A stretch of 62,420 nt of DNA, the filler included. It is 12 parts of 12 records of this genome, joined end to end, with 100 filler letters (N's around TTAATTAATTAA, not from the genome) between each part and the next. Parts side by side here need not be neighbours in the genome. Positions count along the whole stretch, not along the records: positions 17,060 to 24,135 come from SRR7504441_7964; positions 24,236 to 29,478 come from SRR7504441_7966; positions 29,579 to 33,119 come from SRR7504441_7970; positions 33,220 to 37,239 come from SRR7504441_7979; 8 more parts are not named here. One strand, written 5' to 3'. Both the position numbers and the translations under genes were made by a program. Numbering within the stretch: the first letter of the stretch is position 1; each line of letters starts with the position of its first letter. The notes below the pieces were generated by a model. The model was not told the DNA's origin and made no database searches. It was given only the letters and a program-made list of their open reading frames with translations. Of this stretch, positions 22,501 through 33,772 are shown in pieces.

Positions 22501-23639
22501 ATTCCTTCCCCTGACGGCTCCAAGATGGCCGTTCGAGTTTCCGGGTTGTGGAGGAAATACCCGAAGTGGCCAGAGCGCGGCAATGCATTCGACATGATTT
22601 TTGAGACCTTGGGCCATGTGACAGCACTGAAAGGGCTCCTCCAAGGAGTGTCTGTGGAGTTCCATCCTCTTGGTGCGTTATTGACTAGTTGTTTCACCAA
22701 GAGCTCAGCAGCTGACCTGTTCACTCTCGCCAACAACATGCTGCAAGAGAGGGACAGGCGCTTCGAGTACGTCACAGAGCTCGCCCGAGGCTGTGTCAGT
22801 CAAATCCTCGTTGATAAGCTCGAAACTCACTTCAAGACGCAAGACCTCCTGAAGGCCATCGCCGCGGAGTCCAAGCGTTGTACTATTGGAGTTTTTGGCA
22901 AATCTGACGTCTTTCGGGTGTTCTTGGCAAGAATCTGCGGTCATCGCACTGATATTGGGACTCTGGAGGCAATGGACAATACCTCCATCGATAATCTCGA
23001 TCTCCTGAATGATGAGACCATCCTCAGCATGAATGTGATACAGAGGTACTGCAACATGCTGATCCCGTGGTCAGAGAAAGGTGAGCCCCACTGTAAATGC
23101 TTTTTTACGTAATAAGTTTTGCGTGTGACAGTAATTCGTGATGTGTTGCTTCTTGCTGAACGCGGTAGCCTTGCTTGCAAAGCGACAGGCGCTGAGCCCT
23201 GTGATCAGGACTTGGTGTCCAAGAGAGGGCTAAGATGGTGGTCGATCTGCGTGATGAAAACCCAGAGATCACCAAGATTCTCAGGTGAGCGGTGGCAATT
23301 GTTTTTTCCATAATTGACTAGCAATTTTATTTCATGACTGATCGACACGTGCAGCGCTGTCGGGTACTTCCAGAGCATCATCCATAAGAAGCTGTGCACC
23401 CAGAATTGCCTGGCGCTCCAGAGTTTCATTCGGAGTGGCCCACATCAGAACGAGACCACAGCCGAGGCCGCCGCCCGGGTGGTGCAAGAGCTGCTGCAAG
23501 CTCACCGCAAACTCGGAACCGATAAGGTCAGAGCCATGGGTAGGCATGCTCATGGGTTGCTAATCAGGTGACCCAAACTACGTTGAACCAAGCCAAGGGA
23601 TATTATCCGTCGCGCAATGTATACTGCTACGATTATTAG
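19543..23639 (+). CDS. Large multi-intron protein: F-box-like N-terminus + XPA-like Zn/DNA-binding domain + unknown helical region
   Basis: Spliced: MPGLVDLGHHLQCSIALELL..SLAKLQSACTVL..F..HVVWK (F-box-like); CSLC..FWRRRFCTLC..LIKKTKCKELF..IFLKRDVERC..KYGG..G...E..KR (XPA-like). It continues through many GT-AG introns to a stop at 23637-23639. Confidence 0.68.
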
Positions 23640-24235
23640 TCGTGCAATCTCCTGGTTGTAAGATGCCCGGACCTGCACTACAGCTGAGAGGCATCAAACG
23701 TTCTTACTCCTAACGATATTGCTTGAGCAGCTGGCATCAACACAGCTGCATCCGTTTAAAAGAATTGTGCCACCAGAGTGGTCACCATGTCCATTCTGGG
23801 GCATATTCAGAGCATTAGGCTCACCTCGTATGCAGACCATGACGTCTGGCTCACAACAACTGTGAGTGCAGGGTTGTTGCAGTACCACTGTCACGATTTT
23901 TGCAATCATCAGGCGTGCTCTTGACAACAGTCAATCAGTTCATGTAACGATTTGATCAGTCTTGATGCCTGGCCGATACGCCGATACCGTAACGCTGATA
24001 CTTACGTTACCTTAATATGTGTATACAAACGATGTACGCGAGGAGCACCTCTATAGGCTAACTCAATTACATTCCATTAGCTTTCGTACCCGATTCGTAC
24101 CCCGGGGTGCATTCATTTATACGGTGCCACCGGGCNNNNNNNNNNNNNNNNNNNNNNNNNNNNNNNNNNNNNNNNNNNNTTAATTAATTAANNNNNNNNN
24201 NNNNNNNNNNNNNNNNNNNNNNNNNNNNNNNNNNN

Positions 24236-24397
24236 GACCCTGGTGGTGCATCTGCGGGCCCGCCGGTGGTGCTCTTCCCGAGCCTGGCCGGCACCGTGCT
24301 CGAGTGCCGGACCAGCCCGGTGGACGGGTTCGAGCCGGGCCAGCGGATATGGATGGAAATGTCGGCGCTGATGGCCCAGCACACTTCACTGCGGTAA
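24236..24397 (+). CDS. Fragment resembling an LCAT/PDAT acyltransferase N-terminus
   Basis: PPVVLFPSLAGTVLECRTSP..F..GQRIWM resembles the LCAT-family PVVL.PG..GS.LE...RIW start; it breaks off at about 24385. Confidence 0.55.
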   Translation, partial: DPGGASAGPPVVLFPSLAGTVLECRTSPVDGFEPGQRIWMEMSALMAQHTSLR

Positions 24398-24695
24398 GCA
24401 CCTTCTTCGCAACAGTGACCGCGTGCTCGGCCTGCTGGAAACTGATCATTGCTTTCATTACCTCCTTTTGGTCCATTTCGGCCTCGACGACAGCTTCCTG
24501 TGCTCTGACAAGGGCTTCCTGCCTCTCTACAGGCCACTCCGTGTCCTCCGCCTCGTCGATGATCTCGAGCACCCGCCGCTGGCTGCCCCCGCCGCAGGCC
24601 GTGATGAACTGCTTCACCAGCCGGTCCCGCTCCTCGCCGTCCGGGCCCGGCCGCGCCGGCGGGGGCTCGTACGCCCACAGCGCCGCCGAGGACAT
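24384..24695 (-). CDS. 5' half of an ankyrin-repeat gene, inverted
   Basis: ATG at 24695 with strong coding bias; LVKQFITACGGGSQRRVLEII is ankyrin-like. Confidence 0.6.
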
Positions 24696-25289
24696 CAAAC
24701 TCCTGCGCCCATTCCCAAAGTGGAGTTACAGCCGTGTCGAGGGCGGGGAGACAGCGTTAATGCACGCGGCAAGGACAAACCAGCAAGCAGCCGTGAGAGC
24801 TCTGATCAATGCTAAGGCTGATGTACACAAGTGTGATGGGTGTGTGCCCTTGTCTCCATTCACTCATAAGGGGAGCAGATCCATGCTGAATGCGCTCGCC
24901 CATGCGGCTTCTCAAGGCCACATGCAGCTCGCAGATGTGCTGATCGAAGAATTCGGGGCACACGCTTCGGAGAAGCAACTTGGTGCAGCAGAGTCCACTG
25001 GGCATCCAGGGCGTGGCTCACAGTTGATGTCTCTGCTCGAGGAAAAAGAGGTGTGAACCTTTAGATATTGTGAGTTCTGGCATCAATACTGAAGTGCACC
25101 CCTCTTGCAAGGTGGTAAAGGCAGAGGCGGTTGCCAAGAAACAGTATGAAGACGGGCTCGAAAGGTACGCCGGTTCTAGATGAAAGTCTAAAGGGGCGGT
25201 GCAGTGAACGGCTTCAAGAGCTCGCAAAGGACTGGGCTATTGACAATGACGCAGACGATGAGGTGATTCAACCGATTAGTATCAAGTAA
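24696..25289 (+). CDS. 3' half of an ankyrin-repeat gene (no plausible start on this strand)
   Basis: GETALMHAARTNQQAAVRALINAKADV and NALAHAASQGHMQLADVLI; three GT-AG introns; stop at about 25287. Confidence 0.7.
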
Positions 25290-25355
25290 ATGTAACTACA
25301 TACACTAATAAAGCTCCCTTCGGAATCAGGCCACCCGCCGAAGCAGCAAATCGTT

Positions 25356-25930
25356 TCAGCAGCAGCGCATCGCCAGGTCGAAGTAGCTGCCCACACCCGA
25401 GCTTAGCCCCGAGCTCATGGCCGCACCCCTCAATTATGACCCCACGCACCGATTAATCTCAAGCTCGACGGCCATCCGGTTAGTCTCCACGAGCTTATCT
25501 TGGCACACCGCACTGCACAGCTGCTGCAAGCTGTCATCCGACGGCGGCGCCCGCTTGGCTCGGTTCAAGGCATCCATCCAAGCTGCCCGCCGGTCGCGGC
25601 AGCCCAGCCGATCAGGCGGCTACCGACGAGTTCTTCACGGGAAGAGCTGGCAAGCACCCACGGCCGAGCACCGGGCTCGGGGGTGATTTCCATCTGGCAT
25701 CCGGGGCTGACAGTGAAGCCGGCGACTGTGCGCATCTCGATGACAGCGAGGGCCGCATCCTGCTCGAAGGTAGCATCCTGCGGGGGAGTGTCGGGTCGGC
25801 GGGCCGAGGGATGGCACACCTCAAAGCAGAAGAGCACGCTGCCCTTGAGCACGAACCAGCGGGTGAGCCACTGCTGCCGCGCGCTCGTGATCCACGGTGC
25901 CTCCACCCGCTGCTGCAACCAACCCTGCAT
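25356..25930 (-). CDS. Small PH-domain protein
   Basis: MQGWLQQR..WLTRWFVLKGSVLFCFE..LAVIEM..WVLASSSREELVAWMDAL after splicing three introns; ends MRCC*. Confidence 0.8.
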
Positions 25931-25974
25931 TTCCCCGAAGGCTCTAACGGCATTGAACGGCAACTGTCATCCAA

Positions 25975-26610
25975 ATGGACAGCGCGGAAGAGTCTGGGGC
26001 CAGCGTGGAGGGCGAGCGTCGGGCCAGGAACCAGGAGCTGTTGAAGGTGCAGGAGGAGCTGCTCAGCTCGCCCCGGGGCAAGCGTCAGCAGCTCAAGCAG
26101 CAAGCAGCCCGGCTAGAGAACGCAATCCTCGCGGAGGGCACCCCGGCAGCCGGAACAGCTAGCACTGGGCTGGAGGGAAGGGTGGCGGTCCTCGAGACAG
26201 CGTTCAGCGACCAGGTGCTGGTCTACACTCACACTAAGCAGCGTGAGCACCAGGAGGAACTGGATAGGCTCAACGCCCGGCTGAGTCGGCTCGAGGCAGC
26301 TGTGGCTGCCGAACAGTCTGCTTTGGGGCGCCAGGACGATTCGAGCGGGTGGCCGTGCCAAGCTAGCTGCTTGAGTTCCTATCCCCACTATCTCACCCCT
26401 GCCATGCGGCTGACCAACCTCAATCCCGTCGCTGCCGCCCTTGGCTGCAGCATCCAGTGCTTGGGCCGTCATGAAATGCTTCCGTTCTTGGACCTCCCAT
26501 TCCGGCTCTTGCCGCACCGAGTCATACCCGCTCTCGCCGTGGTACTCCATGTCCAGTCCAATGGCGTCCACTCTTCGAGGCACATTAGTACCGACAGTTG
26601 CCTGGATTAG
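25975..26610 (+). CDS. Small coiled-coil hypothetical protein; 3' end overlaps the Amt gene
   Basis: ATG at 25975; heptad-rich ELLKVQEELL and EELDRLNARLSRLEAAV; the true 3' end is uncertain. Confidence 0.5.
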   Translation: MDSAEESGASVEGERRARNQELLKVQEELLSSPRGKRQQLKQQAARLENAILAEGTPAAGTASTGLEGRVAVLETAFSDQVLVYTHTKQREHQEELDRLNARLSRLEAAVAAEQSALGRQDDSSGWPCQASCLSSYPHYLTPAMRLTNLNPVAAALGCSIQCLGRHEMLPFLDLPFRLLPHRVIPALAVVLHVQSNGVHSSRHISTDSCLD

Positions 26611-28201
26611 TAGCATAAGGGCACAGCTCCAGAAGCCAGTCCAAACTACGATAACGACCACCGCCACCAGCTGCCGAATCAGCAGCCCGCCGTCGCCTCC
26701 AGAAAATAGCCCGTCTTGCCAGGGTGCCTGCCCCACCGCTCAGCAGAGCCGTTGTGGGAGGCTATACCCCGGCGCTCTTCTCTGCAACAAGCCCAACCAT
26801 CAGAGAGCCTGTGATCCCTGGGATGGCTTGCAGCGAGCACACGTCGAGCACGTCATCAAGAGCTAGCTTCTCTTTGAGATACCTGCACCCACTGTTAGGT
26901 CTAATGACGCTATTATCTAGCACCGCCCGCCGAGACATGAGAGAACGCCCACCACGATTCCTATAAAGAAAGCCGACTGGTGGACAACGTACCCGGAGGC
27001 GGGCGTGATCCCAGCCAGTCCGGCCAGCGCCCCACTCATGACTGATACAGTAGTGAGCTTGCCATCCAGCAACCAGCTCAGCGCGCACCACACAAGGCAG
27101 CTGGTAGAAGCTGAAATCTGAGTGTTCACCAGCGCGCCCGCCGCCACCGAATTCGCAGCGAGCGCCGAGCCTCCGTTGAACGAGTACCAGCCAGCCCAGA
27201 CCAGCGAGCCCCCGAGAAGAAACAACGGCATGTTGTGTGCTGTCCCAGCCTGCAGGAGCGTCGCAAAGTGCCGCCGCCGGTTTTGGAAGAGCGCCACCGA
27301 GACGGCGGCCACCCCGGAGGTGGCGTGGATTGTGAGCCCGCCGGCGAAGTCTAGAACGTGCCACTTGAGGAGGAAACCGTTCGGATTCCAGACCCAATGC
27401 GCGACCGGGTAGTACACAAGAAACGGCCAGACGGTAGTGAAGATCATGAACGCGCTGAGAGAAAACTTTTCGGCCCAGGCGCCGGTGACTAGCACTGGGC
27501 ACATCAAGGCGAACATCATCTGGAACGAGGCGTAGAGAGTCTTGGGGATCTTTTGGGTCGAGCCAGCAGGTCCGGAAGGGTCGGGGAAACACTGGTCGCT
27601 CTGGACCCCCCGCCAGAACAGGTGGGTCCATGGGCTCCCGATCAGGCCGCCCGCGGACTCGCCGAACGTGAGCGAGAATCCGACTGCGTACCAGAGTACC
27701 GAGCCAATGGCCAGCCCCACCAGCGACTGTGCAATGACCTGTCACCAGGGACGGCCTCAGTTGGTGGGGCGAGCCCAGCTCACCGAGAGCGCGTTCTTGC
27801 GTCGGACTAGCCCGGCCTGGCACATCCCGGCCTGTCCACGGCCCTCGCCCGCCGGCTCCCGGCCGGGGCCATACCGCCGGGGTTTGTAGCATGACGAAAG
27901 TAGTCGCGCACAGCATCCAAGCCGTGTCCCCGGTGTCATAGCACGGCGGCTCCTCCGTCCGCCGGACTGGGCCGCCGGTCTCGCGGCCGGTGAGCGCCAG
28001 CCCGCCGACTGCGAGCATCAGCACCGCCCACGACCAGGCAGCCAGCTGCCGCCGGGCCGGGAGCCGGCTAGGGCCGCCAGGCTGGGTCGGCTCGGTGTCC
28101 CGATGGGCCAGGAGCGGGACTTCGGCGTCGGCCGGGTCGCCGGTCTCGAAGGCCAGGACGAACTGCTCGAAGTTCAGGCGGCCGCATCGCCGGCGGGCCA
28201 T
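26113..28201 (-). CDS. AMT: Ammonium transporter (Amt family); 3' end uncertain
   Basis: DTGDTAWML..FVMLQTP, AGLVRRKNALS, FQMMFA, VYYPVAHWVW, LDFAGG..IH..SG, GWYSFNGGS, GALAGLAGITP, DDVLDV, GLD...HGE; at least four mini-introns. Confidence 0.95.
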
Positions 28202-28248
28202 GACAGAAGGTGCCTGTTCGGTCGAAGAACAGCTTTTGCAACGGATCC

Positions 28249-29478
28249 ATGAAGATGCCGCTGCTTCTCTGGCACTGGCTCCTGATGACGGCCGCTCTGG
28301 CGTCGGGGGCGGCCTCGGAAAACAGCACGGGCTCCTGGCTGGCGAAGCGGGCCGCGCTGATCGACGAGCTGTTCGGGCTGGGGCCCGGGATGCTCCCGAC
28401 CCAGTCGGTGCCCAACCAGATCGCCCGGTGGCCCGAGAGCGACCCGGGGCTCCAGGGACTGGTCTGGAACCTCACAACGCTCTTCCCGATCAGCTCGACC
28501 GTGTTCTACTCCCCGATCGACCCGACAGGCAAGCGCCGGTCCAAGGATGCCGTGTTCTTCCATCACGGCCATTCAAACTGCGTCTGCCCGAGCCCGACCG
28601 GCGACGCTATCGAGGCGGCCAAGTGCCGCCCGGGGTGCAACTCGTCGATGCCGTCGTACCAGCAGCTTGAGCCCGGGCTGGCGGCGAGCTACAGCTGGTG
28701 GGACCTGTACAACGTGTCGAGCTTCTTCAAGAGCCTCGGGTACGACGTTTTCATCTTCTCGATGCCTCTCAAGGGCGTCAACCTGGGCCCGGGCAGCAGC
28801 AGCAGCTCGCTCAACACCAACCATTGGTGGTTCTACCAGTGGGAGAAGCAGGGCGACACCCCGCTCCGATATTTCATCGAGCCTGTGGTTCTAACTGCCA
28901 ACTACGCAACCGAGCACTTGGGATACAACGCTCTGTACATGGCCGGGTTGTCCGGAGGGGGCTGGTCCACAACGCTGGCCCCGGCCATCGAGACGCGCAT
29001 CAAGGGATCCTTCCCGATCGCTGGCTCGGTGCCGTGCGCGATGCGGAATCCGACGGGGAGAGTGCCCGGCCAAAAGTGGACTGGTGACGACGATGAGGAT
29101 TACGAGCAGTCTTGCAACCCACCGGACGCCCAGGCCAGGGCGGGGGACGACATGCCGGGCCGGGCGGCGTTCAGCGCGTGCAACTACACCTGCCAGTACC
29201 TGCTGGCGGGGCTGGAGCCCGGGCGATTCCAGGTGCAGATCTTGCATGAATACGACAGCTGCTGCTTCTCACCACACGGACGGCATGACCAGATGCTCGC
29301 CTACGAGCATAACGTGCGCGCCGAGCTCCAAGGGAGTGACCGGAAGGGCGGGCGGCACGGCTGGTTCACGAGCACTGCGAACGCACACGTGAAACACGAA
29401 GTTAGCGAACAGGATAAGACGATCATTGCTAGTGCGCTTGCTGGGAGTCTGGCACCCAATGACCCGGGCTGGGATCGG
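28249..29478 (+). CDS. Secreted alpha/beta-hydrolase, 3' truncated
   Basis: Signal peptide; FFHHGH; nucleophile elbow MAGLSGGGW; candidate Asp (YDSCCF) and His (HVKHEV). Intronless. Confidence 0.75.
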
Positions 29479-29816
29479 NNNNNNNNNNNNNNNNNNNNNN
29501 NNNNNNNNNNNNNNNNNNNNNNTTAATTAATTAANNNNNNNNNNNNNNNNNNNNNNNNNNNNNNNNNNNNNNNNNNNNTCCGACACGATCGGGTGGAGAC
29601 CGGGCCGAGGCTAGCCCCGGTCACCGGTTAGGTATCGTGCGCTTCTACTTTATTTTTGGCGGAAAATTAGGAATTAGAAACTCATATTGTAATGTTGTTA
29701 TGCAGTCGAACGAATGTGATGTCACTTGTGTTGAACTCGATGCAGTGCATTGTTGTGTTGTCTGAGTAGTCGAGTAGTCGTGTATGCAATAGGGTCAAAG
29801 AGTATAATATCTCATC

Positions 29817-30137
29817 TTGGTGCGGGCAAAGGTGCTGGCCGAGCCCAAAACGGAGCAGCAAGGGGGCACCAAAAGCTGGATCTTCTCGTTTTACAGAGAT
29901 TTGCTGGCGTGCCGCTACGACAAGGAGTTTGAGCAGCCCCAAAGAATGATCAGCGAGCATGTGGAATCGAACGGTGGTGATCATCTGTACGAAAGCGACT
30001 TAATCAGGATTTTGAAGAGCTGGCAGCCGTCGGAGGACACAGCGTCACGGGTAACTGAGTACGTCTGGCGGCAGTACTCGATGCGTGAGCTGCGGGTCTT
30101 CCTGGGACTCATGTACGTATCTCAATTGGAGGGCTGA
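29817..30137 (+). CDS. Possible exon of a hypothetical protein
   Basis: 106-aa open frame in lower-GC DNA; no motif recognised. Confidence 0.25.
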   Translation: MVRAKVLAEPKTEQQGGTKSWIFSFYRDLLACRYDKEFEQPQRMISEHVESNGGDHLYESDLIRILKSWQPSEDTASRVTEYVWRQYSMRELRVFLGLMYVSQLEG

Positions 30138-30376
30138 CAATAATGCTGATGGAGCGATCATAATTATCAATGTACTTGTGCAATCTTGATCTCTACGCAA
30201 TACTCTCAAGTACTTCTAAAGAGGAATAAATAAGCGTGGTCATAATCGTGTTCTAGTAGCACCAGTCACGGCTAGTTAGCCGCAGTTAGCACCAGAATCA
30301 ATGATCTCTCGTTAACGGATCCAATCAGCAACGGATCGGTTGTACAATTATTAATAGTGTACAATTGCATATGAGT

Positions 30377-32366
30377 CTAAGTGCCATTGGTGGGCAGAGC
30401 CAACGCCTTATCGCTTCCTCCGTCTTGCGCATTTTCGGATTCCTTTTTGGCTTCAGCCGCCTTTTCTTCCTCGAGCTGTTTGCTCAGCTCGTCCCAGTCG
30501 ATCGCCTCGAAGCAAGCCACCAGCCCACGGACCAGCGCATAGCTGAGCAGCCCGAGCAGCAGGCTCTTGATCAGGCCCCACTCCAGGTAGACGTACATGA
30601 AGAACAGCCCGTACAGCCCAAACACGGTCACCTTGTACACTGCCGCCGCCCACAGATCAGCCGGTAGCCAGCCGGCCAGTTTGCCTTTCCCGACGATTGC
30701 GAGCCAGAGCAAACCGGCCACTAATCCGGCCCACAGGAGCGAGCAGCCCACCACCCCGTGCACCAGGCTCAGGCTGCTCAGCCCCAACAGCCGCGCCCAC
30801 TCGGCCGCGCTCCCCTCAGCCACATCCGGCTCCGGCTTGGCTTCCGGGTTGGCCGGCTTAGCCTCCGAGGCAGCTGACTTATCCTTGGCAGGTTTCTTGC
30901 GCTTGGCTGGCTTGGCTGGCTTGTCCTGCGAGCTCTTGGGCGGATCCTGGCTGGACTCGCCGTCGGCAGCTGCAGCAGCTGGCAGCCGGTGAGCCGGGCG
31001 GGCCGGCCGGGCACCTGCAGCCAGCCGCTTCTCCGCGAGGAGCACGTCTCGAATGGCGACCGTGTGCAGCAGGAAGAGCACGGCCCAGTACTCACCGTAG
31101 AGCCAGAAAGTCAGGATCCCGCCGGCCGAGCTCACTGTCCAGAGCAGCGTGCCGTCCGGCATGGCCACTGCGATCCCGAGCAGCACGGCCAGCATCACGT
31201 ATCCCATAGAGTGCCACAGGCACACCCCGGCCAGCAGCAGCACAGAGACCAGCACGCCGCTGCTCGCAGTCTCAGACATGACCGCAGTCACCAGCCCGGC
31301 CACCTGGACCTAGCTCAGCCGTGCCCGGCGGCCGGGCACCAGCGTGACGGAGCCAGTCAGCCCGATCAGCCAGCGCTCGAGCGCGAGCAGCACCAGCAGC
31401 CCAGCCAGCCCAGCCACTGCCGCGTACCCGTACGAGCCCTGCCGTCGGCTCAGCCGGCCAGCCCCGTCGCCCACCAGCCCAGCCGGATGCTCGCTCTGCC
31501 CCCGGCAGTAAGCCCCCAGCCGGCCGCACCGGCCGCACCGGCCACGCGCTGCTGAGTCCGCACGCCATTGTGGCTCCGTGCGCCGCACCGAGCACGAGTG
31601 CGTGCCACAAGCCGTCCGACTGCCCCAGGCCTGAGCAGCCGCGGACCCGGCGGCTACCCAGTTCCACCAGAGCGAGACCAGCCCGGTCACGAGCGCCGCC
31701 CTGGTCATCCCTCCTGACTTCTGCCAGTAGATCGCCTGGCCCCAGCCCTGAGCGCGAGCACGGCCAGCCAGCCACCAGCTTGGCCGCAGCGTAGCACAGC
31801 ACCACGTTCACCGGCACGTGCCACCACGAGCTGCTGGCCAGCCCGCGCCCAGTCCCGTAGTCGACTGCGCTTCCCACCAGCCCGGCCAGCGCCAGGTGCA
31901 GCGGGAGCCCCACCAACGACCGGAGGCCTGCAGCCGCTCGCCCGGGCGGCTCGGGCCGCGCACCGTAAAACTCGGCCTGAAGCTGCTGCCAGAGCGAGAC
32001 GGCGCCGGCGGCGAGCAGCAGCAGTGGGAGGAGCACCACAGCCCAGGCGGGCATCTCGTCGTCGGAGGTGTCGGCGTACTCCGAGCTCTCCAGGTCGGGC
32101 CGGAAGCGCTGCTCGAGCTGGAACATGAGCAGCAGGTCGTAGTAGTTGCGCCGCTCCTGCACCGACAGGGTGGCCTGGGCCAGCTTGAGCCCCCGGAAAG
32201 CCTCGGCGAACTGGTGCTGGGCCTCCGGCTGCCGGCACTTGTCCGGGTGCACCTTGAGCGCCAGCCGCTTGAACTGGCGGCTGATCTCGGCCTCCGTCGC
32301 GTCCTTCGCCACCCCGAGCACCTCGTAGTGGTTGTTGGCCCCATTTATTCGGTCCACCTCCTCCAT
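30377..32366 (-). CDS. DnaJ-domain multi-pass membrane protein
   Basis: NHYEVLGVAKDATEAEISRQFKRLALKVHPDK (J domain with HPD), followed by many hydrophobic segments across several mini-introns. Confidence 0.85.
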
Positions 32367-32587
32367 GCGACAACCCTCCTGCTGAGTGCGCGGTGCGAAC
32401 ACAGCGACTCGCCGATTTAACCAGTGCCTTATCTGATACTTACCCAGACCTAGCTGCGAGCACTTGTTGAGGCACGACGCAAGGTCTGGGTAAGTACTAG
32501 ATAAGTCAGTGCCAGGCTGTGCGAGCAGCGGGACGGCTAGTTTCAGAACAATTAATTTATGCCGCGTTGCCACTTGGCTGCCGCTTA

Positions 32588-33119
32588 TCATAGAACAATT
32601 AAATTAGCTGAATCAAGCTCAGGCTCGCTAGGGCTAATGGCCCTCGCTGGTGCTGATGCCCGTGCCAATGTTGGCAGCTTGCCTGCCTTGACATGTCGAT
32701 CTATCCCAGGCGCGCTAGGCTCGCTACCTACTGCTATAGTCGCTGCCGGGTTGGAGTGTATCTCCATCACACTAGGCAGCTCATCAGGCTCCTCCTCTTC
32801 TTCAGGCTTGGCTTGTGGGCCAGCCCACCATAGCGACATGTGCTCGCAGCATCCCAGCTGTGAGAACTCGTCGAGCTCATCTTCAGACTTGCTGTACACT
32901 AGCACCTTCATATGCACCCGTGCAGCAACCGGAGAAGCGTATAGCAGGAGCGAAAAGTAGCCCGCTAAATAGCCCCCCGTGTCGCGGCTGCCGACCACTA
33001 CACCGATCAGCACGCTAAAGAATGTCTTCCAAGCCCATCCGACCACCAGCGACCACGCCTTACCATGCAGCATGACATACACCTGCCGGCCGCTGATCAG
33101 CCTGTACAGTGCAAGGAAC
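32588..33119 (-). CDS. 3' fragment of a hypothetical membrane protein
   Basis: Hydrophobic segments followed by an acidic tail; truncated by the spacer. Confidence 0.5.
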
Positions 33120-33219
33120 NNNNNNNNNNNNNNNNNNNNNNNNNNNNNNNNNNNNNNNNNNNNTTAATTAATTAANNNNNNNNNNNNNNNNNNNNNNNNN
33201 NNNNNNNNNNNNNNNNNNN

Positions 33220-33555
33220 AAGATGGAGGAGGCAGTCAAGGGCATGAAGCCCAAGTTCGCACAGTTCGTCAACTATATCAAGTACATGGATGGGCTTGCA
33301 GCCGACATCGGTTGTTTGCCGCCCAGTTGGGACCTCTCGAGGCCCACCCTTTCGTGGAAGCTCTATGCTGCCCCGACGGTGCCTGCACAGTATCGCTTGC
33401 AGGGGCCTCATGCGTGGGACGGGGCGCGGCGCTTTCTTGAGTCGCAGGAGTCCGCATTTTCTCGGCTTTTCATGCTGATGTCGCAGTGGAGGCGCCCGGA
33501 TCATGATGGTGCACTGCCCATTCAGCCATTGAGAGCACAGCACAGCAAGATGTAG
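33220..33555 (+). CDS. C-terminal fragment of a flavin-containing monooxygenase (FMO)
   Basis: YIKYMDGLAADIGCLP..LY..P..P.QYRLQGPHAWDGAR matches the FMO C-terminal motif YMDELA..IG..P...QFRL.GP..W.GAR. Confidence 0.8.
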   Translation, partial: KMEEAVKGMKPKFAQFVNYIKYMDGLAADIGCLPPSWDLSRPTLSWKLYAAPTVPAQYRLQGPHAWDGARRFLESQESAFSRLFMLMSQWRRPDHDGALPIQPLRAQHSKM

Positions 33556-33772
33556 TTGCTCTCGTACAAGTGCAGCTGTCAAATGCGGAGCCGCACCGGC
33601 TTTTGGTTCTGGGCAGTACATGATTGTACTTAGGCCTGATCATGACGCAGTTGTTTTATAGCACTGAGTGAACTAGCTGGTACTTGTACATAGCATATTT
33701 GTTTGTTTTACTCATTGAGTTAGAAACTATCGAGTGCTCACTAAACTTTTGAGTCGAGTGTGACCACTAGTG

